This document shows, piece by piece, positions 44,396 to 54,499 of a DNA stretch of 64,000 nucleotides; position 1 is the stretch's first letter; each line of letters opens with the position of its first letter. A program made the translations under genes and the position numbers. Origin of the DNA: an uncultured Gammaproteobacteria bacterium (lineage in GTDB: Bacteria; Patescibacteriota; Microgenomatia; Levybacterales; GWA1-39-11); the NCBI GenBank assembly GCA_964425075.1, contig CAYRKM010000001.1:106137-170136 (forward strand), in the 5' to 3' direction. Under the pieces are notes generated by a model that worked only from the letters and a program-made list of their open reading frames with translations, had not been told where the DNA came from and did no database searches.

Positions 44396-45616
44396 CTATT
44401 CCTTCCCCAATCCATTGAGGAATTCTTCGTTAGTCTCAGTCTGTGAGATACGTTCAATTAGAATTTGGGTACGCTCATCTGGACCCAAAACGTCCATCAT
44501 GCGTCTCATGGTGGCAATCTTCCTATATGTAGTCTCTCCCAACAATAATTCCTCTTTTCGAGTACCAGAACGCTCAATATTTATTGAAGGGAATATTCTT
44601 CTCTCAGCAAGTCTTCTATCAAGATGAAGCTCCATGTTTCCTGTTCCCTTGAATTCCTCATAAATAAGATCGTCCATTCTTGAACCTGTATCAACCAAAG
44701 CTGTTCCGATTACTGTCAAAGATCCACCCTCTTCACAATTTCTTGCAGCTCCAAAAAAACGTTTTGCAGGATAAAGAGCTGCAGGATCAAAACCTCCAGA
44801 CAATGTCCTTCCCGAAGGATCAATAGCCAAATTGTAAGCGCGGGCAAGACGAGTAATTGAGTCTAGAAGAATAACAACATCCTCCCCATTTTCAACCAAT
44901 CTCTTAGCTCTATCTAGAGCAATTTCGGCTGCATTTGTTTGAGCTTCAGGTGGTTCATCAAAGTTTGAAGCCACTACTTCACCCTTAACAGAACGCGAAA
45001 TATCAGTTACCTCCTCAGGCCTCTCTCCTATAAGAACAGCCATCAAATGAACTTTAGGGAAATTAGCTGCAATTCCAGCTGCCAAATCTTTAAGAATAGT
45101 CGTTTTTCCTGCTTTTGGAGGGGATACAATCATTCCTCTTTGTCCAAATCCAATTGGTGAGGCGATATCAATGATTCTAGTTGAAAGGGGTGTTTTCTTG
45201 GTTGAAAGAACTAATTGCTTATCTGGGTAAATTGAAGTGAGATCTTCAAAATAAACTCTTTTAGTTGCCTCTTCTGCTTTTTTACCATTTACTTTCTCTA
45301 TCTTTAAAAGTCCATAGTAACGCTCATTATCTTTCGGAGGGCGACCCTGTCCCTCAACAAAATCACCATTTCTAAGCCAAAATCTACGGATTTGGGATGA
45401 AGAAATGTAAATATCTTTCTCAGAAGGTCTAAATTTTGGTCTTAAAAATCCATGGCCTTCGGGTTTTATGTCCAAAATTCCTGCAACTTCCTCGGTTGCT
45501 TGATCATCACGTTGCATACGACCTTGCTCGTATGAATTAGATTCGGCCACATGAGTACTCTCCTCCTGCTCGGAAGCTAAATCCATATCTGTCTGAGATT
45601 TACGAATTGGGCTCAT
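44396..45616 (-). CDS. rho: transcription termination factor Rho
   Basis: Walker A GQRGMIVSPPKAGKTTIL. LIGERPEEV. Q- and R-loop regions. N-terminal RNA-binding domain. Confidence 0.9.
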   Translation of the reverse strand: MSPIRKSQTDMDLASEQEESTHVAESNSYEQGRMQRDDQATEEVAGILDIKPEGHGFLRPKFRPSEKDIYISSSQIRRFWLRNGDFVEGQGRPPKDNERYYGLLKIEKVNGKKAEEATKRVYFEDLTSIYPDKQLVLSTKKTPLSTRIIDIASPIGFGQRGMIVSPPKAGKTTILKDLAAGIAANFPKVHLMAVLIGERPEEVTDISRSVKGEVVASNFDEPPEAQTNAAEIALDRAKRLVENGEDVVILLDSITRLARAYNLAIDPSGRTLSGGFDPAALYPAKRFFGAARNCEEGGSLTVIGTALVDTGSRMDDLIYEEFKGTGNMELHLDRRLAERRIFPSINIERSGTRKEELLLGETTYRKIATMRRMMDVLGPDERTQILIERISQTETNEEFLNGLGKE

Positions 45617-45867
45617 ATTTTCCTCTTATTGAGGCGACTTTTAGTGTATTCTGGAAAATGAGAACGAAGCTTTGAAGTTGTCACTTTTTTGCGTTCGTTT
45701 TCCTAATTAAACCACTCACCAATACAAAAGTCAAGGACTCTTTACGCATAAAACTTTCAATATACAACCAAACACATCTTATAAGAAACTGCATCTAATC
45801 ATTACTATGAGTTTTATATATTTGATAATCACACCTTCCTAATCGTTACCAATGCGTCCTATAGCAC

Positions 45868-45896
45868 TTGACATCGAATGATTGCATTGATATAAT
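45868..45896 (+). promoter_or_regulatory. near-consensus sigma70-type promoter (TTGACA-17 bp-TATAAT) giving a very short leader for 45909..46607
   Basis: TTGACA at 45868-45873, a 17-nt spacer, TATAAT at 45891-45896. The ATG at 45909 lies only ~12 nt past the -10 box. Confidence 0.45.
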
Positions 45897-45908
45897 GCTC
45901 ATCAATAT

Positions 45909-46607
45909 ATGAAAAAGTCAGTAATTGCACTTTGTGCATCACTTCTTTTCGCAACAAGTACAGCAATGGCAAGCGCCGCTGGTACCGGATATGGACAAAG
46001 TAATTGTCAAATGATCTACGGTGGGGGAGAAGTTTGTAGCGATAAAATAGAATTTACTATTGATAAGAAAGTACTTACTCCAAACAATAGCGGTTTCGTC
46101 GACAATCTTGGTTCAAACGACGCAAAATTTCAACCTGGACAGCAAGTTACATTTAAAATCATTGTTAAAAATACCGGAAACAAGAAAATTGAAAGGCTTG
46201 ATGTAAGAGATACTCTTCCATCATATATAACATTTGTTTCAGGCGTTGGTACATATGATAAAAACGCAAATGTTATAAGTTACACTATTTCAAACCTTGA
46301 AAAAGGAGCAACCAATGAGCAGTCTTTTATTGGAGCAATTGCTTCAGCTGATAAGCTTCCACAAAATCAAAACGTTGTATGTCTTACAAACCATGCACAG
46401 GCAACCGACAATAATGGCATAGTTGCGAAGGACGATGCAGGTCTTTGTGTGGAAAAAGGAATTATCGTAAAAAAACCAACTCCACAAGTATTTGAAAGTG
46501 TTCCTGTGAAGAAAATTCCTGAAACAGGACCTGAAGCACTCTCTCTTATCGCATTAATTCCTGCAGGACTTGCAGGATTTGCACTACGAAAGAAAAAATT
46601 TAATTAA
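45909..46607 (+). CDS. secreted DUF11-like repeat-domain protein with LPXTG-type sortase sorting signal (IPETG + hydrophobic + RKKK)
   Basis: Signal peptide (VIALCASLLFATSTAMASAA). KIIVKNTGNKKIERLDVRDTLPSYITFVSGVG resembles the DUF11 repeat. C-terminal KKIPETGPEALSLIALIPAGLAGFALRKKKFN. Confidence 0.6.
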   Translation: MKKSVIALCASLLFATSTAMASAAGTGYGQSNCQMIYGGGEVCSDKIEFTIDKKVLTPNNSGFVDNLGSNDAKFQPGQQVTFKIIVKNTGNKKIERLDVRDTLPSYITFVSGVGTYDKNANVISYTISNLEKGATNEQSFIGAIASADKLPQNQNVVCLTNHAQATDNNGIVAKDDAGLCVEKGIIVKKPTPQVFESVPVKKIPETGPEALSLIALIPAGLAGFALRKKKFN

Positions 46608-46699
46608 CTTATATACAATTGAGGTTAGAGAAGGCAGCTTTTCTCACACACTCTTCTATTCTTCCCAAGTTTTAGACCTCACCCCAAAAAAGCTCCCTT

Positions 46700-46730
46700 C
46701 CCTAACTTTAAGTTAGGGGTTTTTGTTTGG
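46700..46730 (+). terminator. rho-independent terminator (CCCTAAC-tttaa-GTTAGGG then GTTTTTGTTTGG)
   Basis: Perfect 7-9 bp inverted repeat followed by a T-run, ~90 nt after the stop of 45909..46607. Confidence 0.6.
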
Positions 46731-47181
46731 AAACATCGCCGTTTTGCATGGCAAATATCCAACTCACAAAAACCTTGTTCTTTGACAAGGTAACAGGAAA
46801 AAGGCATTTTTGGTGCCGGGCACAGCGTACCATATTGAACCAAAAGGTTCATATGTCCGATTTCACAATCGGTCATAACAAGCTGCTACGAAGGGGTAAA
46901 ACCTGACGTATAAATATGGTGCGCGCTGTCCGGCGCCAAATGAGCGTGGAAAAACGGGTTTAGAGAAAGGAGGCCAATAATGGCCTATTGCTTGAACTTC
47001 TGCATACTCCTGCTCGACTCCCTTTGGGGAGCGAACAGGATCCGTGCAGGCCCGTTTATTTGAAACGGAAACATCAACCCAGTAGCATAGTAATGACTAA
47101 GCCTTCGCGCAAGCGGAGAGGCAGGTAACTCTGCTAAACCATGCATGCCGGCAAAGTCCGGTTAGCAAAAGGGAGATCACC

Positions 47182-47913
47182 GTGAGGTGGTATTCGTACA
47201 TTGGCCTGGGAGCCGCCGTGATCTTCATGGCTGGATTCTTCAGTGCCTGCTCGGACGACAGTGGAGCCACTGCTGACGAGATCGCTGCTGCGATCATCGC
47301 CGCCCAAGCGACTGCAACCCCAGCAGCAACGGCGGCAGCAACGGCAACGGCTAGCGCACTCACGCCCGACCAAATTCGCCAGATCGTTCTGGACGAAATG
47401 GCCAAGGCGGGGCTGCCAGAGCCGACCAGCGCACAGCTGCAAGAGATCCTCAAGAGCCTCACTGAGGCCCTGAAGGGCTCGACCCAGACTGCAGATCAGT
47501 TCCGCGGTGCCGTCAAGGTCTGGCTGACTTCTAACCAGAAGGTCCAGGCTGGCGTCGTGCCCGCCTATAACCCAGCAGCGTTCCCCAAGAGCGCCGCTGA
47601 GGCAGCAGCCATCTTCGGAGGCGACGCTTCCCGTTGGGAGCCGACGGCTGACTGCTGTGGTTGGCATCTGCGCGAGGAGGCGTTCACCACTCTCATCCAG
47701 CCGAAAGGTTTCCTGGGTGAGGGCTACAACGACACCAAGCCTGGGAAGAATCCGGACTGCTACACGTTCGTTGCGCCAACTTCGGTCCAGGGCGCCACGA
47801 TCTGGCAAGAGGCCGGCACCTACCCGAACGCCGTCGCGCTTCAGAAGAAGATGGCCATCCCCGTCTGGGATGATGGCAAGCAGCACGCTTGCCAGGTACT
47901 CGCAACGCCATAA
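47182..47913 (+). CDS. putative lipoprotein (GTG start) encoded in a GC-rich island; likely horizontally acquired
   Basis: GGGAG SD 7 nt before the GTG. Signal plus lipobox-like AGFFSAC. Ala/Thr-rich linker. Strongly GC-rich versus flanks. A ~280-bp GC-rich leader lies upstream. Confidence 0.55.
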   Translation: MRWYSYIGLGAAVIFMAGFFSACSDDSGATADEIAAAIIAAQATATPAATAAATATASALTPDQIRQIVLDEMAKAGLPEPTSAQLQEILKSLTEALKGSTQTADQFRGAVKVWLTSNQKVQAGVVPAYNPAAFPKSAAEAAAIFGGDASRWEPTADCCGWHLREEAFTTLIQPKGFLGEGYNDTKPGKNPDCYTFVAPTSVQGATIWQEAGTYPNAVALQKKMAIPVWDDGKQHACQVLATP

Positions 47914-48008
47914 GCGCTTAGCTTCTCGCATGGGAGGGGGGTCCGATACGTCGGCCCCCCTCAAATACTTTCACTGGGACATTCCTGTTACCTTGTCCCC
48001 TTTGCCCG

Positions 48009-49382
48009 ATGTGTATCGGGCCTGATGAGTCCAAAAGGACGAAAAGGAAAATGAAGAATTTATTCAAAAAATACAATACACTTGACACTTTGATAGTTAT
48101 CTCTAGCTACCCAAAAAAACAGGAGATATATAGCAAGGGTGTATGCGCTGTGGCCTCATTTACCAAAAACACCATTAGGCCACTTATTAAGAAAGGTCAA
48201 TATAAAAAAATTGTTGTTCTGACAATGATTGTTGATAAAGAAGAAGTCTACGAAGAGGATGGTATTTTAGTAGTAAGATGTTTTAAACGCAATAACCCTC
48301 TGTCTTATTTTTCCCTTTTAAAAAAACTTTTACATTTCTCTCTTGCAAAAAGAGTGCTTATAGAATTTGAGTTTGCCTCTTTTGGAGATACAAAAGCTAC
48401 TCTTGCCATTCTTCCTCTAATTTGGTCGCTTTTTTTCTTGGGAAAAAATGTAACTCTTGTTATTCACCAAGTCGTTATCGACCTTCAAAAATTAAGTGGG
48501 CATATCGGAATAAATTCAAAGGAACTTATCTCACTACTCTTCAATCCAGGACTAAAACTTTATTACAAACTATTATCTTTTCCTGTCTCGTCAATTATAG
48601 TTCTCGAAGATAGCCTTAAAGAATCGCTTTCAACCATCGTAAATAAAGACAAAATAACTGTTATTCCTCATGGTGTACCAATTGTTAATAAAATATTTTC
48701 AAAAAATAAAGCCAAACAGAAATTGGGTGCAAAAAATGAAGTTGTGATTTTGTATTTTGGCTACCTTACATGGTATAAAGGCGTTGATTTCCTTATAAAG
48801 TCGCTTCTTAACCAAAAAACTTTTAAAGGTAAAAAAATTCGCTTGATAATTGCAGGTGGACCAAGTTTTACTCAGGAAGAGAAGTCTCACTACAAGAAAT
48901 TTCTTGCAAAAATCTATAACCTTATAAATAAAGCCCCCGATAGAATAACTATTACTGGATTTGTGAAGGAAGAAGACATACCAGTCTATTTTGCCGCTGC
49001 TGACCTTGTCGTATTTCCATATCGTACTTTTATTTCCTCTTCTGGTCCTCTCTCATTTGCTCTTGCTTACAACAAACCTTTTCTTATTTCCTCTAGATTA
49101 GAAACCATTTTGGACAGCATTGACGCAAAAAAATCGCTGCAAAGAGCGGGAATTACTAAAAATGATGTTGTGTTTAACTTTAACTCAAAAGATTTATTGA
49201 CAAAAATATCAAACTCTCTATCAAAAGAACAATTAAAGAAACTTGAAAGATTCAGCTTATATTTATCAAAAGAAAGGTCATTTGGCAATTTGTCTGCATC
49301 TTATCAAGAAGTACTCTCAAGAAATGTTACGAGAAAAATTCCTTTAATTCCATATCCTACATATCAGTTCCACCATGAATAA
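48009..49382 (+). CDS. glycosyltransferase family 1 (GT-B, GT4-like)
   Basis: C-terminal GT1 signature region ..ITITGFVKEEDIPVYFAAADLVVFPYR... Probable true start MKNLFKK at nt 48051. Confidence 0.65.
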   Translation: MCIGPDESKRTKRKMKNLFKKYNTLDTLIVISSYPKKQEIYSKGVCAVASFTKNTIRPLIKKGQYKKIVVLTMIVDKEEVYEEDGILVVRCFKRNNPLSYFSLLKKLLHFSLAKRVLIEFEFASFGDTKATLAILPLIWSLFFLGKNVTLVIHQVVIDLQKLSGHIGINSKELISLLFNPGLKLYYKLLSFPVSSIIVLEDSLKESLSTIVNKDKITVIPHGVPIVNKIFSKNKAKQKLGAKNEVVILYFGYLTWYKGVDFLIKSLLNQKTFKGKKIRLIIAGGPSFTQEEKSHYKKFLAKIYNLINKAPDRITITGFVKEEDIPVYFAAADLVVFPYRTFISSSGPLSFALAYNKPFLISSRLETILDSIDAKKSLQRAGITKNDVVFNFNSKDLLTKISNSLSKEQLKKLERFSLYLSKERSFGNLSASYQEVLSRNVTRKIPLIPYPTYQFHHE

Positions 49383-52300
49383 AAAACACTTCCTTCCCTT
49401 ATTAACAATTGCACTAGCATTTGTTGTTGTTTTTATTACAAATGTTTCGTTTGGAAAATTTCTAGTTGGTTGGGACAATTTATTGCCTGAGTTAGACTTC
49501 GGACTCAATATCAAACGCTCTATTTTTTCTGTCTGGGAAGAATACCAAAGCTTTGGACTACTTGCAGGCAATGGCCATGGTGCTAATATTATCCATCAAA
49601 TATTTCTTTACATAACCTCACTAATCATCCCTACAAACTTTCTAAGGCAAATCTATGTTTTCCTTACGCTCTTAGTAGGCACTCTGGGGGCCTATGCCCT
49701 GTGTTATTTTGTCCTAAATTATCATTCAAAAAAAATACCTACGCTTGAATCTAGAAATATACTTGCAAGTATTTCAGCTTCACTTTTCTATTTACTTAAC
49801 CTTGCCACAGTACAGAATTATTTTGTCCCATTCGAGCCTTTTGTAACTCACTTTGCCTTCTTGCCTTGGCTACTTTTTAGTGCCCTTTATTATATTTACA
49901 ATAGGTCGAAAAAAGCCCTGTTATTGCTTATTGGAATAAATATTCTTTCCCTTGGACAAGGACAAGTACCTACAGTATTTATAGTTTATTTTTGTGCCTT
50001 GGCAATGATTCTTCTCTTTACGGGTTTTAGAACTAAACAACTAAAAGCAAACGTAAAAGTACTTCTTTTAACACTAATTATTAATGCTTTTTGGTTACTT
50101 CCCTTTCTCTACTTTGCAATTACAAATTCCTCTATTGCGCTTACTGCAAAAATAAATCAGATGTCGACAGAAACAGTAATCGCTCAAAACAAGGAATTTG
50201 GAAATCTGCTTGACGTTATTCTCCTAAGGGGATTTTGGTTCAATAATCTTGATCCCGATATGTCGGGAAGGTTTAGATTCATGCTTGAACCATTTAGAGA
50301 ACATTTACAAAATCCGTTAGCTGTAGTTACCGGCATATCTCTTTTCAGTGTAATTTTGCTAGGTGTAATTGTAAGCTTTCTAAAGCGAAGTAGATTATCG
50401 GGCGCATTTTTTTTACTTTTCTTAAGTGTTTTTTCATTACTTGCTCTTAATGTATTCCCATTTTCATTCTTTGACAGTGTCTTGCGAAAACTTCCCCTTA
50501 TCAATGAAGTGCTTCGTTTTCCCTTTACAAAATTCTCAATATTGGCTGCCCTTATCTATTCTGTCTTTTTTGCCTTCGGGATACGGTTTTTAATTGCATG
50601 GGTATCATTGTACTCAAAAAAGGCAATATACGCTGTGCCAACAATATTTATCGCTTTGCTTATATTTTTTGTTTGGCCAATTTTTAAAGGAAATCTTATT
50701 TACGAAAATGAAAAGATTGTAATTCCCAATGAGTATCATCAAACCTTTGATTTCTTTAAAAATCAGGACAAAAACACACGCATAGCTACTCTTCCACTCC
50801 AATCATTTTGGGGATGGAATTATTATGAATGGGGATATGGAGGCTCAGGATTTTTGTGGTATGGAATAAAACAACCAATCGTTGACCGAGCATTTGATGT
50901 ATGGTCTAAAAATTCTGAAGGAAGTTATTATGAACTCTCCAATGCTCTCTACTCTAACAACGCATTGGCCTTTGAGAAGACTTTAAATAAATTTGATATC
51001 ACATGGCTAATTTTGGATAAAAATGTTTACTCCCCCTCTTCTCCAAAGTCTTTACGCTTTGAAGAAACAGAAGAACTCTTGAAAAAAGTCCCATCTATAA
51101 AAAAGGCTGCAGAATATGGAAATATTGTAATTTATAAAACCTCAATAAATGATGCTACTAAAAATTACTTGGACTCAAAACCAATTCTTCCAAGTGTAAA
51201 TTCCTACAACTATTCAACAGCGGATCTTCATTATGAAAATTTTGGAGATTATAAATCAAACTCGCAAAATTCATATTTCTATCCTTTCAGAACCCTTTTT
51301 TCAAATAAAAAACAGGTGGACAAAGAATTTGTAGTTTTTAAAAGTGGAAAATCATATATTTTTGAGAGAGAGATTCAAAACATCAAAGAGGACGATGAAC
51401 TTACAATACCAAGCTTGCTTAAGGAAAATATCATACCAGTTGAAATAGTTTCTGAAAAAGGAGCTGATGAGACTGTAATTATCTCAGCTAAGATTCTTAC
51501 TCCTAAGGTCATTATTAATAATAATGTCGTGTACGGCAACACACCCATTTATTTTCCTTTATTTGTAATTCCCAATGGAATTATAGAAGATTTAAGCATA
51601 AGTCTTAATGGAAATATTATTTCAAATATTACATCCCCATCATCTACATTTATTTCAACTCAAAATTCAAATTACTTTGTGCTTGAGAATAAAGCAAAAA
51701 CAATACTTGCATCACAAAGCATTGAGCCTGATTATCTTGCCACTCTACCTGAACTTAGTGAGAAAAAAATAAAAGTTGAAAAAGAAAATATTAAAATTAG
51801 CATCCAAGTTCCTGAAGTATTTGATAATACCAATAGTATTGCTTTTAAACCTAGTCAACTTAATACTACTGAAAAATGTAATCTCTTTAAGCAAGGTTCT
51901 TCAAAAAATATATTAAAAGATGGTTACAAAGAATTAAGCTCTATTAATTCCACATTATGTACGTCAGTATACGCAGGAGAATTAGCTCACAGCCAAGGAT
52001 ATCTGATTGCGGCAAACGTAAAGAACATAAAAGGACGTGGAATCCATTTCTGGGTCTTAAATGAAAATCAGGGCCAAGCACCAATTGATACATATTTTGA
52101 GAAGGAAGACACAAGCATTAACATAATCCTTCCTCCTCAAGAATCATATGCCAAAGGCTATTCTCTTCATTTTGACAACATTTCAATTGGCAATGATGAG
52201 GTAAAAAATCAACTTGGAGATTTTTCAATTTCTGTAATCCCCTATAAGTTTCTGACAAATATTGTAGCCAAAAATGATAATTCTAACTTACCTAATAAGT

Positions 52301-52743
52301 TTACCTTTACTTCAACTCATCCAAATGAAAGCTTATATCGTATATCAGATATAGTTTCACAAAACGCCAATCAAGCAACACTTACATTATCTCAAAGCTA
52401 CGATAAAGGCTGGGCTGCATATGTGGTCAACAGAGACAGCAAGTTTGCTTCATTTCTTCCATTTGTTTTTGGAAAAAAACTTAATGAACATGTAAAGATT
52501 AATAACTGGGCTAACGGATGGGAAGTATCCCCTTCTGAAGTTGAAGGTAAAGATGTAGTTATTGTTTTTCTACCTCAATATCTCCAATATTTTGGGTTCC
52601 TGCTTCTTGGCATATTGCTTTCTATTTTATTGCTTCGTCCTCTTCATCCTGCTTTTGCAAGTATATACAAAACAATCAACAATTACTTTGAGACAAAGTC
52701 TTTACATATGAAACATAAAGTATCAACTCTTCTAACAACCTAA
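49375..52743 (+). CDS. large (1122 aa) polytopic membrane protein, putative GT-C/YfhO-like membrane glycosyltransferase with big extracytoplasmic domain and C-terminal TM
   Basis: At least ten N-terminal TM helices, a ~600-aa soluble domain, and a final TM (FGFLLLGILLSILLL). 8-nt overlap with the GT1 gene. Confidence 0.35.
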   Translation: MNKKHFLPLLTIALAFVVVFITNVSFGKFLVGWDNLLPELDFGLNIKRSIFSVWEEYQSFGLLAGNGHGANIIHQIFLYITSLIIPTNFLRQIYVFLTLLVGTLGAYALCYFVLNYHSKKIPTLESRNILASISASLFYLLNLATVQNYFVPFEPFVTHFAFLPWLLFSALYYIYNRSKKALLLLIGINILSLGQGQVPTVFIVYFCALAMILLFTGFRTKQLKANVKVLLLTLIINAFWLLPFLYFAITNSSIALTAKINQMSTETVIAQNKEFGNLLDVILLRGFWFNNLDPDMSGRFRFMLEPFREHLQNPLAVVTGISLFSVILLGVIVSFLKRSRLSGAFFLLFLSVFSLLALNVFPFSFFDSVLRKLPLINEVLRFPFTKFSILAALIYSVFFAFGIRFLIAWVSLYSKKAIYAVPTIFIALLIFFVWPIFKGNLIYENEKIVIPNEYHQTFDFFKNQDKNTRIATLPLQSFWGWNYYEWGYGGSGFLWYGIKQPIVDRAFDVWSKNSEGSYYELSNALYSNNALAFEKTLNKFDITWLILDKNVYSPSSPKSLRFEETEELLKKVPSIKKAAEYGNIVIYKTSINDATKNYLDSKPILPSVNSYNYSTADLHYENFGDYKSNSQNSYFYPFRTLFSNKKQVDKEFVVFKSGKSYIFEREIQNIKEDDELTIPSLLKENIIPVEIVSEKGADETVIISAKILTPKVIINNNVVYGNTPIYFPLFVIPNGIIEDLSISLNGNIISNITSPSSTFISTQNSNYFVLENKAKTILASQSIEPDYLATLPELSEKKIKVEKENIKISIQVPEVFDNTNSIAFKPSQLNTTEKCNLFKQGSSKNILKDGYKELSSINSTLCTSVYAGELAHSQGYLIAANVKNIKGRGIHFWVLNENQGQAPIDTYFEKEDTSINIILPPQESYAKGYSLHFDNISIGNDEVKNQLGDFSISVIPYKFLTNIVAKNDNSNLPNKFTFTSTHPNESLYRISDIVSQNANQATLTLSQSYDKGWAAYVVNRDSKFASFLPFVFGKKLNEHVKINNWANGWEVSPSEVEGKDVVIVFLPQYLQYFGFLLLGILLSILLLRPLHPAFASIYKTINNYFETKSLHMKHKVSTLLTT

Positions 52744-52779
52744 TTTTTACACAACATCCAAAACACGTATAATGAAATC

Positions 52780-53781
52780 GTGTCTTTAAAACGTATCACC
52801 AAACAACACATCCAAATTGTAATTATTGCCCTTTTAAGCATTCTTATTATTGTTTTGGGGGGAATTTATCTTACTCAAAAAAGAAACTTACCATCAGTAA
52901 AACTTACGGCCGAAGAACTCATTTGGAGTAATAAAATCAAAGAACTGGGTGGAAAGAAAGCCTATCAAGAATTAAGTAAAAAAATAAAAAATCTCAATCC
53001 CATAGATCAGCATCTTCAGGCTCATAATTTTGGAAAAGCACTTTATCAAAGCCTAGGAATTGAAGGTGTTGTTGTGTGTGATTCCAAATTTAGCTATGGC
53101 TGCTATCATGAATTTTTAGGAACTGCAATTTTCCATGAAGGCATCGGTGTAGCAAAAAAACTTAATGAATATTGCAAAAAAGAGGATAAAAACCAAACTT
53201 TAGCCTGTCAACACGGAATTGGACATGGAATTGTAAGTTATTCTGGGTATACATATGAACATCTTCTGAACTCCCTTGATATCTGTAGCACCCTATCAAA
53301 CAGCGATGCAATTGGTGGCTGCCCCGGCGGTGTTTTTATGGAATACAACTTCCAAACTATGCTTGCAGAAAATGGCAAGATACGAATATTTGACGAGAAA
53401 AACCCTTATTACCCTTGCAATATAATTCCTGAAAAATATAAAAAATCCTGCTATTATTGGCAAAATCAGTGGTGGAGAACAGCCCTACCCGGTAGTGAGG
53501 AAGAAAAATTCAAACAAATGGGAATTCTCTGCTCTACTCTTAAAGAAAAGAGAGAATGCTATAAAGGAACTGGAAATATCGTAGCGCAAGCCTCAGATTA
53601 TAATGTCAATAAAAGTATTCTATTGTGTAACAAGCTCAATAGTATGGAAGGTGAATTGTACTGCAGGTCTACAGCAGTAGTTACCTTTCTTTCAATTCCC
53701 CAATATGAAAGTTCTGCCTGGGATATATGTAATTACCCAACAGAAAAACAAACAATATCATGCGTAAGCCTAGTTAGATAA
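52780..53781 (+). CDS. N-terminally TM-anchored Cys-rich extracellular protein, hypothetical
   Basis: TM IVIIALLSILIIVLGGIYL. About 18 Cys, many in CxxC-like spacing. Confidence 0.4.
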   Translation: MSLKRITKQHIQIVIIALLSILIIVLGGIYLTQKRNLPSVKLTAEELIWSNKIKELGGKKAYQELSKKIKNLNPIDQHLQAHNFGKALYQSLGIEGVVVCDSKFSYGCYHEFLGTAIFHEGIGVAKKLNEYCKKEDKNQTLACQHGIGHGIVSYSGYTYEHLLNSLDICSTLSNSDAIGGCPGGVFMEYNFQTMLAENGKIRIFDEKNPYYPCNIIPEKYKKSCYYWQNQWWRTALPGSEEEKFKQMGILCSTLKEKRECYKGTGNIVAQASDYNVNKSILLCNKLNSMEGELYCRSTAVVTFLSIPQYESSAWDICNYPTEKQTISCVSLVR

Positions 53782-54499
53782 ATAACCCACGACCCTTACG
53801 ATCAGGGCTTTCTTGAACAATTGTAAGTATTTAATCCCCACCAAGTTAATACATTTCCCTCATACCCCTCTTACGCTACCTCTCCACACTATAGTTGTCT
53901 TTGAAGTGCACTTTGGACATTAAAATTTCAATAATCGAAAAATAGTGTTTTAAGAAAAAAGTTGTAGACATGGTTATCCACATTTTTTATTTATTTTAAA
54001 AAACGTTGATATATCAATCTATTTTGTTAATCCAAAAACTCTAGGGTTATATAAAACCATATCAGTTTTGTTATAGGTTGAAGATGTTGACAGCATGTGC
54101 TATACTTTTCTTTAACTTGTATTTTGGATGTTTTATAAACATCCTCATATATGGGCATACAACATGAAACTTTTCTCTTTCACTAAGAAATCACAACAAA
54201 AGAGTCTTCGTAGAAGAAGAATTATCTCCGATTATTATCAAGAATCCATTAACACTTACGGGAAAAAGCAATTGATATCACTCATTGACAGAGGCCTTAA
54301 CCCTCAGTGGTAAATAGTACTTACCATAGGGTTGGATCTTTTGAGTTCATGAGGATCTTTTACAAGAAGTTACAGAAAAATTCCTGGCTATGCTAGGAGA
54401 AAGAAAAAGAGCATCGCTTTCGCTACTACAAAGATAAGTTCAAGTACGAAAAGCAATGCTCTTTTAACTGTTAGCTTTTAGTCTTTTAGGCAGGGTAAG

